From contig CAMTON010000004.1 in the NCBI GenBank assembly GCA_947074105.1, forward strand, positions 2,683-66,682: a stretch of DNA of 64,000 nt, in the 5' to 3' direction. Below, in pieces: positions 27,933 to 38,105 of this stretch; position 1 is the stretch's first letter; the number at the start of each line of letters is the position of its first letter. A program made the position numbers and the translations under genes. Origin of the DNA: an uncultured Bacteroidales bacterium (GTDB lineage Bacteria; Bacteroidota; Bacteroidia; Bacteroidales; JAUNSR01). The notes beneath the pieces were generated by a model. It was not told where the DNA came from, did not search any database, and saw nothing but the letters and a program-made list of their open reading frames with translations.

Positions 27933-28772
27933 ATGATTAACAAGAAAAATGTTTTTTTACTCTTTCTACTTTGTAGTATTCTGATTTCTTCGTGTTCAGA
28001 AAAAAAGGTTTCTCATGAAGCAAACAATATCGAATTCAATCAATTGAATATTGATACGATAGCTTATATTGACGGAGATACAACAAGACCGTCATGTAAA
28101 CTGAAGATGAAACTTGAATATCCGGTAAAAGCTTCAGACAAAGCGATGTTAGATACGCTCCAGAAGATATTTATCGAAACATCTTTAGGCAATCAATATC
28201 TTAACAATAATTTTGAGGCAGCCGCTAATGCATATGCAAAATCGTATATTGACGATTATCTCAAACTAAGCAAAGAATTTGATTCTGATGATTATATGAA
28301 TTCTTTTTCTTTTAATTATGAAGAATCGCTTCAGTCGCAGATCTATTTTAATGAAGACGGTTTTCTTAATTATTCACTTGATGTATTCTCTTATACGGGA
28401 GGAGCACATGGAATGGGGGGTACTTCCTGTTATGCTATTTATTTAAAGGAGACTAAACTTCTTTCAATAGATGAGATATTTCCTTATTCTTCTATGTCAG
28501 GCATAGGAGAAATGATAGTTGCACAGATTCTTAAAGACAGAGATCTAAAATCCACTGCTCAACTTACAGAGGATGGATTCTTCAGCATAGAAGAAATTAT
28601 GCCAACAGATAATTTTTATTTTGATAAAGAAGGAATAACATGGATTTATAATCCATATCAGATTGCTGTTTTTTCACTTGGAGAAATAAAAGTTACACTA
28701 AAATGGGAAATGCTCAAGAATCTTATACTTGATAATTCTCCGGTAAAAGAATTTGTTGAAAGCAATACATAA
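27933..28772 (+). CDS. Lipoprotein with DUF4163/DUF3298-like domains
   Basis: 279 aa with lipobox ILISSC. The central YTGGAHGMGG motif is typical of DUF3298 proteins. Confidence 0.6.
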   Translation: MINKKNVFLLFLLCSILISSCSEKKVSHEANNIEFNQLNIDTIAYIDGDTTRPSCKLKMKLEYPVKASDKAMLDTLQKIFIETSLGNQYLNNNFEAAANAYAKSYIDDYLKLSKEFDSDDYMNSFSFNYEESLQSQIYFNEDGFLNYSLDVFSYTGGAHGMGGTSCYAIYLKETKLLSIDEIFPYSSMSGIGEMIVAQILKDRDLKSTAQLTEDGFFSIEEIMPTDNFYFDKEGITWIYNPYQIAVFSLGEIKVTLKWEMLKNLILDNSPVKEFVESNT

Positions 28773-28885
28773 TGACAGATTTGCCTTTATTTAGGTAAAC
28801 AATAAATATTGATGAAACTACGGTGGCGCTTATTTTTATCACCGCAAAGAAAGTCTACTCAGAAATCTAAAGAAAAAATTATTAA

Positions 28886-29506
28886 ATGCAATTAATAGAA
28901 AAATATTTTCCGGAACTAACGGAAAAACAAAAAGAACAATTCTCGAAACTCTATGAACTTTATTTTGACTGGAATTCCAAAATAAATGTTATATCAAGAA
29001 AGGATATAGAAAATCTATATCTACATCATGTACTTCATTCTCTTGCAATAGCAAAAATTCTGAAATTCAAATCAGGATCTAATATAATGGATGTAGGAAC
29101 CGGTGGGGGATTTCCCGGAATACCTCTGGCTATTATGTTCCCTGAATGTCACTTCCATATGGTTGACAGAATAGGGAAGAAATTAAAAGTGGCAGCCGGT
29201 GTTGCAGAAGCTATCGGATTAAATAATGTTAGTTTTCGTCACTGTTCTGTAGAGGAGGAGAAACAAAAATTCGACTTTATTGTTAGTAGAGCAGTAATGC
29301 CTTTGTCGGATCTTATAAAACTGATCAGAAAGAATGTAGCCAAAGAGCAGAAGAATGCGCTTCCTAACGGTCTTATCTGTCTTAAAGGAGGAGATCTTCA
29401 GGCAGAGGTGATGCCATTCAAAAAAACAACAGTTTTATTTGATTTGCCTGAATTTTTTGAAGAAGAATTCTTTGATACCAAAAAAGGTGTTTACGTACAG
29501 CTGTAA
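28886..29506 (+). CDS. rsmG: 16S rRNA (guanine527-N7)-methyltransferase
   Basis: 206 aa with the SAM motif DVGTGGGFPGIPLAI. Confidence 0.9.
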   Translation: MQLIEKYFPELTEKQKEQFSKLYELYFDWNSKINVISRKDIENLYLHHVLHSLAIAKILKFKSGSNIMDVGTGGGFPGIPLAIMFPECHFHMVDRIGKKLKVAAGVAEAIGLNNVSFRHCSVEEEKQKFDFIVSRAVMPLSDLIKLIRKNVAKEQKNALPNGLICLKGGDLQAEVMPFKKTTVLFDLPEFFEEEFFDTKKGVYVQL

Positions 29507-29614
29507 ATAAATATCAGTAAAGATAATCTGTCTGGCAATAATGATTATCCTGTTACAAGAAATGTTTCTCTCAGAAACACAATCTCTCAAAGATTTAAAC
29601 TTTAAATAAAAAAT

Positions 29615-30262
29615 ATGAGTTTAGTAGTTGAAAAATTTCCCGTCAATCCTTTTCCCGTCAACTGTTATATAGCATGGGATGAAGAGTCAAAAGATGCGAC
29701 TATTATAGATCCGGGTTATATCGGTGAACATGAAAGAGAGTTTATTCTTGATTATATCAGGAAAAACGGAATTAAGATAAAATACATATTGCTTACACAT
29801 ATGCATTTTGATCACATTCTTTCGCTTGCCGATATCAGAGAAGTTACAAAAGCACCAATCTATGGAAGCAAAAATGATGAATTTCTGCTTAAGACAGCTA
29901 AAAATCAGGCTGCAGCCTTTGGGTTCAAGCTGGACTTTGATGATGTCAATATAGATAAATATCTTAATGACAAAGATGAAATCACGCTTGGAGAATATAA
30001 AATCATAGCACTAACGGTTCCGGGGCATTCTCCCGGCAGTATAGTCTTTTATATGCCGAAAGCCGGTATCGTATTTACAGGTGATGTTTTATTCAGACAA
30101 AGCATAGGTCGTACGGATCTTCCGGGAGGGGATTTCGAAACTCTGATTGAAGGAATAAAGAAAAAACTTCTTACTTTGCCGGATGACACAATTGTATATT
30201 CCGGTCATGGTCCTGAAACGACTATCAGTTATGAGAAAAAATATAATTCATTTCTGAAATAA
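29615..30262 (+). CDS. MBL-fold metallo-hydrolase (glyoxalase II/YcbL-like)
   Basis: 215 aa with motifs THMHFDH and PGHSPGS. Confidence 0.85.
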   Translation: MSLVVEKFPVNPFPVNCYIAWDEESKDATIIDPGYIGEHEREFILDYIRKNGIKIKYILLTHMHFDHILSLADIREVTKAPIYGSKNDEFLLKTAKNQAAAFGFKLDFDDVNIDKYLNDKDEITLGEYKIIALTVPGHSPGSIVFYMPKAGIVFTGDVLFRQSIGRTDLPGGDFETLIEGIKKKLLTLPDDTIVYSGHGPETTISYEKKYNSFLK

Positions 30263-30285
30263 ATTATATCTCTATAAAAACAAAA

Positions 30286-30329
30286 ACGGGAAAATCATAA
30301 AGAGCAGATCTTAATGATTTTCCCGTTTT
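30286..30329. terminator. Bidirectional terminator between convergent MBL hydrolase and fmt
   Basis: 13-bp stem ACGGGAAAATCAT with ATGATTTTCCCGT, flanked by an A-run and a T-run. Confidence 0.75.
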
Positions 30330-30419
30330 GTCGTTTATGTCCGTTAAGGGAGCAGTATAAAGCTGACTTGCAGGTTTAGTTTTGGATTATGTCGTATATA
30401 TCCTGTTAAGAGTGAAGCA

Positions 30420-31394
30420 TCAGTTTATAAATCTGCTCTCTGCCGGGATTTTTGTTCCGTTAAGGAAGCTTGCTATATCCATACGTTTTTTGCCCGGAAG
30501 CTGTAATGCTTTAATAGAAATAAAACCGCCGTCAACAGCAACGTTAAGATAACTTTTATTGTCGGTAACTATGCTTCCCGGCTCCTGTATATGTCCTTCA
30601 AGAATCTTTTTAGTTTCGAAAATCTTAACCGGAATTTCTTCTTCATTAATCAGCAATTTACCCCATGCCGCCGGATAAGGTGACATTCCGCGAACCAGAT
30701 TATAAATATTATCAATATTGCTGTTCCAGTCAATCAGACAAGTTTCCTTAAATATTTTCGGAGCAGCCTTAAGTTCCGAATGATCGGCGAACATAGTATT
30801 CTGTTCAACTGCATTTACTTCATCGTTTATAACCATATCTACAGTCTTCAATACAAGTTCAGCACCGATTTTCATCAGTCTGTCATAGACATTTCCAACA
30901 TTGTCATCTTCTGTTATTTCTGTTTTCTCCTGAAGAATCACTTTTCCGGTATCTATTTCATGAGTTAAGAAAAATGTTGTGACACCTGTTTCTTTTTCTC
31001 CGTTTATGATAGCCCAGTTAATAGGAGCAGCACCACGATATTGAGGAAGAAGAGAGCCATGCAGATTGAATGTTCCGTATTCAGGCATATTCCATACCAC
31101 TTCAGGAAGCATTCTAAATGCAACTACTATCTGAAGATCAGCCTTATATGATCTCAGTTCATTCAGAAAATTCTCATCTTTCAATTTTTCAGGTTGCAGT
31201 ACCGGCAGATTATGAGCAACTGCATATTCCTTAACTGCCGAATACTGTAGCTTATGACCTCTTCCGGCAGGTTTATCCGGCATAGTCACTACAGCCACAA
31301 CATTGTAATGATTTTCTACAAGAGCTTTTAAGCTTTCGACTGCAAATTCAGGAGTTCCCATGAATATGATTCTGAAATCACTTTTATTCTTCAT
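30420..31394 (-). CDS. fmt: Methionyl-tRNA formyltransferase
   Basis: 324 aa with motifs IIFMGTPEFAV and NLHGSLLPQYRGAAPI. Confidence 0.95.
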   Translation of the reverse strand: MKNKSDFRIIFMGTPEFAVESLKALVENHYNVVAVVTMPDKPAGRGHKLQYSAVKEYAVAHNLPVLQPEKLKDENFLNELRSYKADLQIVVAFRMLPEVVWNMPEYGTFNLHGSLLPQYRGAAPINWAIINGEKETGVTTFFLTHEIDTGKVILQEKTEITEDDNVGNVYDRLMKIGAELVLKTVDMVINDEVNAVEQNTMFADHSELKAAPKIFKETCLIDWNSNIDNIYNLVRGMSPYPAAWGKLLINEEEIPVKIFETKKILEGHIQEPGSIVTDNKSYLNVAVDGGFISIKALQLPGKKRMDIASFLNGTKIPAESRFIN

Positions 31395-31469
31395 TATATA
31401 AACTGTTTAATTGTCAATAATAGATTTTGCGTCCATAAAATATCATGTCTGATTTCCGTTATGACCGAT

Positions 31470-31598
31470 GGTTTTATAAAAAGCCGTGCAGTTGTTATAT
31501 TGTCAGTGTACAATGATAATATTGTCACTGTACAGTTATCATATTAACACTGTACGGTTGTCATAAATACTGAACGGTCGTAATAAAAAACGCCCGAC
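31470..31598. repeat. Degenerate tandem array, 22-nt period, about 6 units (consensus near GTTGTCATATTGTCACTGTACA)
   Basis: Units: 31491-31512 GTTGTTATATTGTCAGTGTACA; 31513-31534 ATGATAATATTGTCACTGTACA (17/22 identical to the previous unit); 31535-31556 GTTATCATATTAACACTGTACG; 31557-31576 GTTGTCATAAATACTGAACG. The flanking units are decayed. Confidence 0.6.
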
Positions 31599-31704
31599 AT
31601 GACATAAGCAAGTGAGGGAATAAATAATTTCTTTTATCAATACTTTATGAAATCTTTCACAAGATTGAAAAGATAAATAATCCCGCAAAGATTTTTGCGC
31701 AAAA

Positions 31705-31764
31705 AAAATCACCTTATTCCGAACTTAATTTATAAACAAAAATAAGTCAAAATAAGGTGATTTT
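31705..31764. terminator. 14-bp perfect inverted repeat (likely bidirectional terminator/insulator between the ABC-F gene and fmt)
   Basis: AAAATCACCTTATT (31705-31718) pairs with AATAAGGTGATTTT (31751-31764), with T-runs on both strands. Confidence 0.5.
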
Positions 31765-31782
31765 TCAATATAAAATATCAAA

Positions 31783-31806
31783 TACTGCTTTTTGAAAGAA
31801 GCAGTA
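31783..31806 (-). terminator. Short hairpin plus T-run right after the ABC-F stop
   Basis: On the minus strand, TACTGC-ttctttcaaaaa-GCAGTA is followed by TTTGATATTTT. Confidence 0.45.
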
Positions 31807-31813
31807 ATATAAA

Positions 31814-33442
<1,629 letters not shown>

Positions 33443-33468
33443 TTAATTTCCTAATCGTAAATTTTTTG

Positions 33469-33476
33469 CAAAGGTA
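33469..33476 (-). promoter_or_regulatory. Bacteroidota -7 box (TACCTTTG) for the ABC-F gene
   Basis: TAnnTTTG match on the minus strand, about 40 nt upstream of the ATG at 33430. Confidence 0.45.
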
Positions 33477-33580
33477 ATGATTTTTTACAAGATATATAGG
33501 CAGGTTAATATGCAAAACTAATGAATGTTAGCTAAAGTGTCATAAAAACGGAAATCGGACATAACTATATAAAATTTGAT

Positions 33581-33588
33581 TATCTTTG
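33581..33588 (+). promoter_or_regulatory. Bacteroidota -7 box (TATCTTTG) for tsaC
   Basis: TAnnTTTG match about 20 nt upstream of the start. Confidence 0.45.
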
Positions 33589-33608
33589 AAATTTAAAAGT
33601 ATCTTAGA

Positions 33609-34181
33609 ATGATTATGTTTGAAGAGGATATCAAAAAAGCATGCGAAGTAATGCAAAAAGGGGGAATAATACTTTATCCTACTGATACAGTGTGGGGAAT
33701 AGGCTGTGATGCCACTAACCCTGAAAGCGTAAAAAAAGTTTATGAGATAAAGAAAAGAGAAGACTCAAAGTCGATGCTTGTTCTGGTTGATAATATCGTA
33801 AAAATTGATTTTTATGTAGAAAACCCTCCTGAAATAGCATTTGATCTTATTGAACTTTCGGAAAAACCACTAACAATAATATATTCTCACGCCAGAAATC
33901 TTGCTAAAAATCTTATTGCGGAGGATGGAAGTGTAGGGATAAGAGTTACAAACGAGGATTTCTCAAGAAAACTTTGTCAGAAATTTAAAAAAGCTGTTGT
34001 TTCAACATCCGCGAATATCAGCGGAGAAAAAACGCCATCTAATTTCGCTGAGATTTCTTCTGAAATAATCAACTCTGTCGACTATGTTGTGAAATATCGT
34101 CAGGAAGATCCTTCAAAACCACAGCCTTCGGGTATAATCAAGATAGGTGACGGTGGTCTTGTAAAAGTTATCAGGGAGTAA
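33609..34181 (+). CDS. tsaC: L-threonylcarbamoyladenylate synthase (YrdC/Sua5 domain)
   Basis: 190 aa with motifs YPTDTVWGIGCDA and VSTSANISGE. Confidence 0.85.
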   Translation: MIMFEEDIKKACEVMQKGGIILYPTDTVWGIGCDATNPESVKKVYEIKKREDSKSMLVLVDNIVKIDFYVENPPEIAFDLIELSEKPLTIIYSHARNLAKNLIAEDGSVGIRVTNEDFSRKLCQKFKKAVVSTSANISGEKTPSNFAEISSEIINSVDYVVKYRQEDPSKPQPSGIIKIGDGGLVKVIRE

Positions 34182-34219
34182 CACAATAAATATGCTGATA
34201 CTGCTGTTATTTAAGATAA

Positions 34220-35644
34220 TTGAAGTTTAAGATAGTGAATAATAAATTACAGATATTCAAATATATATTTTTTGATCTTCTTGGTTCGTTTGTCGCATGG
34301 TTTCTGTTTAACATATTCAGATTCCATACGGTGGGCTATCTGACCATAGGAGATCTTAAATCATTTCTTCTGTACGGAACCGTTATAGAAGGGCAGATTA
34401 TATGCCCTTTTTTATGGATATCCTTTTTCTATCTTTCCGGATATTATAATAAGCCTTATCTGAAATCACGTTTTGAAGAATTGAAGACAACGTTCAGCTC
34501 TATTGTGGTAGGATCGCTGATTTTCTTTTTTGCTATAATTCTGGATGATATGCCGATGATATCATCAGACTATTTTGAGCTGATTTGCGGACTGTTTCTG
34601 TTTGAATTTCTGATAATTTATTTCTTCAGATATCAGATTACACGACGTGCTACCAAACTGGTCCATAACGGAGCGATAGGATACAGGACACTGGTGATAG
34701 GAGCGGGTAAAAATGCAAGGCGTTTTAAAGAAGAACTTAAAGATAATAAACAGGCAATAGGCTATAAGATTATAGGATTTGTCGACAGCGGGCTTTGTGA
34801 ACGTAATATTGAAAATGAAGATGTACTGGGCACTATTGACAACCTGGATGATATAATAAAGAATGAGAATATTGAAAGCATAATTTTCGTTCCTGAAAAA
34901 AGGGACTCAAGATATGTATTCAATATAATACATAAACTATTTCCGTATAAACTGGGAATAAGAATGCAGGCTGAAATGGATGATATCCTTTTCGGAAATA
35001 TAAAAATGAACTCTCTATATGAGCCGCCTATGATAGATATTTCCCGCGCTAAGCTGACTTATGCGGAAGAAAACACCAAGCGACTTGGTGATATCATAAT
35101 ATCGGCACTTGTCATGATATTTCTTTCTCCATTGTTTATGCTCATAGCGATACTTGTACGTCTTGATTCGAAGGGCCCCATCCTTTATACACAGGAAAGA
35201 ATCGGAAGATTCGGGAAGCCGTTTAAGATTTATAAGTTCAGAACAATGAAAACGGATGCCGAGACTAACGGGCCGCAGCTGACCGACCTTAATGACCCGC
35301 GAGTTACGCTTTTGGGACTTACTTTAAGAAAATACCGTCTTGATGAAATCCCTCAGTTCTGGAATGTTTTCAAAGGTGATATGTCTCTTGTCGGGCCGCG
35401 TCCGGAAAGAGGATATTTTATAAATAAGATTGTGAAGCATGCGCCGTATTACTGCCTGGTGCATCAGGTAAGACCGGGCATCACATCGTGGGGTATGGTA
35501 AAATACGGATATGCTTCAAATGTAGAACAGATGATAAAAAGAGCCAAATATGACATTCTCTATCTGGAGAATATGTCTCTTGTGCTTGATTGCAAAATAT
35601 TGATTTATACTATAAGAACTGTTATTACAGGTAGAGGAATATAA
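34220..35644 (+). CDS. Polyprenyl-phosphate glycosyl-1-phosphate transferase (WbaP/EpsB-like exopolysaccharide initiating sugar transferase)
   Basis: 474 aa with N-terminal TM helices, a Rossmann-like middle and a C-terminal bacterial sugar-transferase domain (PILYTQERIGRFGKPFKIYKFRTM…DEIPQFWNVFKGDMSLVGPRP). The start is non-ATG (TTG) as given in the track. Confidence 0.85.
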   Translation: MKFKIVNNKLQIFKYIFFDLLGSFVAWFLFNIFRFHTVGYLTIGDLKSFLLYGTVIEGQIICPFLWISFFYLSGYYNKPYLKSRFEELKTTFSSIVVGSLIFFFAIILDDMPMISSDYFELICGLFLFEFLIIYFFRYQITRRATKLVHNGAIGYRTLVIGAGKNARRFKEELKDNKQAIGYKIIGFVDSGLCERNIENEDVLGTIDNLDDIIKNENIESIIFVPEKRDSRYVFNIIHKLFPYKLGIRMQAEMDDILFGNIKMNSLYEPPMIDISRAKLTYAEENTKRLGDIIISALVMIFLSPLFMLIAILVRLDSKGPILYTQERIGRFGKPFKIYKFRTMKTDAETNGPQLTDLNDPRVTLLGLTLRKYRLDEIPQFWNVFKGDMSLVGPRPERGYFINKIVKHAPYYCLVHQVRPGITSWGMVKYGYASNVEQMIKRAKYDILYLENMSLVLDCKILIYTIRTVITGRGI

Positions 35645-35669
35645 GAAGAATAAAGCTAAGAACTGAGTT

Positions 35670-37463
35670 ATGCTTAAAAAATTTTTTGTTAAACATGATA
35701 TTTTGCTGAGATTTATCCTTTGGCGGGAGAGACACATCAGCGAGAAGAATTTTGTATTGATTCTGAGTTTTCTGACAGGATTACTAGGTGCGGGAGCAGC
35801 TTTGGTTCTGAAGTATATAATACATTTCATTCAGAATTTCCTTACCTCGCATTTCAGCATGGATAAGGCCAATTATCTTTACCTGTTATATCCTGTAATA
35901 GGTATATTTATTACTGGTCTATATGTGAAGTATGTAGTAAAAGATAATATCAGTCATGGTGTTACAAGGATACTATATGCCATTTCACAAAGAAAAAGTA
36001 TATTGAAGCCACATAACATGTACAGTTCTGTTCTGGCCAGTTCGGTGACAATCGGATTCGGTGGATCTGTAGGAGCAGAGGCACCTATCGTATTTACTGG
36101 AGCTGCAATCGGTTCTAATCTGGGCAGGTTATTCAATATGGATCAGCGCACAATGATGCTCCTTTTAGGATGCGGAGCGACGGCGGGTATTGCGGGCATC
36201 TTCAAAGCCCCTATTGCCGGGCTTCTGTTTACTATTGAAGTGCTGATGCTTGACCTTACAGCTTTCTCTATTATGCCTCTTCTTATATCTGCTGTAACAG
36301 CAGCATCTGTGGCATATATATTTTCCGGACCCCTTGCTCAGTTTACGTTTCAGCAGACAGATCCGTTTATGGCGGAAAGAATCCCTTATGTTATTCTTCT
36401 TGGTATTTTCTGTGGTTTCATATCATTGTATTTCACAAGAATGATGTTTTGGGCAGAAGACAGACTGAAAAAGGTCAATAGTCACTGGTCGAAATTTATT
36501 ATCGCATCTATAGTATTAAGTATTTTGATTTTTATACTGCCTCCGCTTTATGGTGAAGGTTATGATGCTATTCTTGATATCTATAATGGCAATTCTGCCA
36601 ATATGACTGTAGGAAGTTTCTTTTATGAATACAAAGACAACTTCTGGATTTTCTGTCTTTTTATATCACTTATCATTTTATTTAAGGTGTTTGCAACAGC
36701 AGCTACAAACGGAGGAGGTGGTGTAGGGGGAACATTCGCGCCAAGTCTTTTCATCGGTAATATGGCAGGATTCCTTTTTGCATTCGCTATTAATCATTTT
36801 GGTGCCGGGCAGTTCCTTCCAGAAAAGAATTTTGCCGTTATGGGTATGGCCGGTGTTATGGCCGGTGTTATGCATGCTCCGTTAATGGGGATATTCCTTA
36901 GTGCGGAACTTACGGGAGGTTTCGATCTCTTTCTTCCTCTTATGATAGTTTCAACATTATCTTATGGAACCATAAGAATATTTGAGCCATACAGTATTTA
37001 TACGCGTCGTCTTGCTAAAAGCGGTGAACTTATCACTCATCATAAGGATAAAGCTGTTCTTACACTTTTGAAAATGGATAGTGTGATTGAAAGAGATCTC
37101 CAGATTGTAGATCCTGATATGATGCTCGGTGATATGGTAAAAGTTATTGCAAAGTCGCAGAGAAATGTCTTTCCGGTTGTCGATTCCAAAAATAAATTCA
37201 TTGGCCTTGTGCTTCTGAATGATATACGAAATATCATGTTCCAACCAAGACTGTACAGCAGAATGAAAGTGCGTGATTTTATGATTTCTCCACCGGCAAA
37301 GATTGAGATCGGTCAGTCGATGGAAGATGTTATGAATACATTTGATGATACCAATGCATGGAATCTCCCTGTTGTAGAGAATGGATTTTATATAGGTTTT
37401 GTGTCTAAAGCTAAGATATTTAATTCTTATCGTCAGGTGCTTAAGCATTTTTCAGAAGATTAA
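35670..37463 (+). CDS. ClC-family chloride channel/antiporter with C-terminal CBS pair
   Basis: 597 aa with motifs GFGGSVGAEAP and GIFKAPIAG, and two CBS-like repeats at the C-terminus. Confidence 0.9.
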   Translation: MLKKFFVKHDILLRFILWRERHISEKNFVLILSFLTGLLGAGAALVLKYIIHFIQNFLTSHFSMDKANYLYLLYPVIGIFITGLYVKYVVKDNISHGVTRILYAISQRKSILKPHNMYSSVLASSVTIGFGGSVGAEAPIVFTGAAIGSNLGRLFNMDQRTMMLLLGCGATAGIAGIFKAPIAGLLFTIEVLMLDLTAFSIMPLLISAVTAASVAYIFSGPLAQFTFQQTDPFMAERIPYVILLGIFCGFISLYFTRMMFWAEDRLKKVNSHWSKFIIASIVLSILIFILPPLYGEGYDAILDIYNGNSANMTVGSFFYEYKDNFWIFCLFISLIILFKVFATAATNGGGGVGGTFAPSLFIGNMAGFLFAFAINHFGAGQFLPEKNFAVMGMAGVMAGVMHAPLMGIFLSAELTGGFDLFLPLMIVSTLSYGTIRIFEPYSIYTRRLAKSGELITHHKDKAVLTLLKMDSVIERDLQIVDPDMMLGDMVKVIAKSQRNVFPVVDSKNKFIGLVLLNDIRNIMFQPRLYSRMKVRDFMISPPAKIEIGQSMEDVMNTFDDTNAWNLPVVENGFYIGFVSKAKIFNSYRQVLKHFSED

Positions 37464-37623
37464 AAATTGACTTTGTCTAATCTGTAGTATGCGTATTATA
37501 TATAAAAGGAACCATATAAGCGTCAGAACAGTTATATTTTAACAGGCCATTAAAAATCAAAACAGAAACTAAACAATAAAGCTTCTATAGAGATAGAGCT
37601 TTGAAATATTAAATATCCTAATT

Positions 37624-37950
37624 ATGAGCGAAATTTCTAATTGTCCTAAATGCGATATGGACAATACATATTTTGACGGAGTTATCAATGTATGTCCTGA
37701 TTGTGGTTATGAATGGAATCCGGATGAAGAACAGGAAAGCGCAGATGTTGCAAAAGACAGCAACGGAGCTATTCTTGCAGACGGAGATTCAGTAACTGTC
37801 ATCAAAGATCTTAAAGTAAAAGGTTCTTCGATGGTGATCAAAAGAGGAACAAAGGTAAAGAGTATCCGTCTTACTGATGATCCTGAACATGTTGACTGTA
37901 AGATTGACGGTTCTTCAATCGTTCTGAAAACCTGTTTTCTGAAGAAATAA
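37624..37950 (+). CDS. yjdM: PhnA/YjdM-family zinc-ribbon protein
   Basis: 108 aa with an N-terminal CPKC…CPDC zinc ribbon and the conserved C-terminal domain (…KVKGSS.VIKRGT…DCKIDG). Confidence 0.85.
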   Translation: MSEISNCPKCDMDNTYFDGVINVCPDCGYEWNPDEEQESADVAKDSNGAILADGDSVTVIKDLKVKGSSMVIKRGTKVKSIRLTDDPEHVDCKIDGSSIVLKTCFLKK

Positions 37951-38026
37951 TATTATTAAGCAGTAATTTAAACTGTTTATTGGTATAAAGAGATCAAGCT
38001 ATATATTGCATTAATATATGGCATAT

Positions 38027-38079
38027 AAAAAATAATCATCAGATGAATATGCATATTCTTTCTGATGATTATTTTTTTA
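38027..38079. terminator. Bidirectional terminator between convergent yjdM and the GH32-like gene
   Basis: 13-bp stem AATAATCATCAGA with TCTGATGATTATT, flanked by an A-run and a T-run. Confidence 0.75.
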
Positions 38080-38105
38080 TAAAGTGTCTTATTTATTGCA
38101 AGGAT

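Noticed and set aside
31470-31598. Whether the 22-nt tandem array is a CRISPR array.
   Set aside because: The units abut one another with no unique spacers, they are degenerate, and no cas genes or leader are present in the window.
36957-37448. A 163-aa minus-strand ORF inside the CBS region of the ClC gene.
   Set aside because: It is antisense to a well-supported gene and has AT-rich low-complexity composition.
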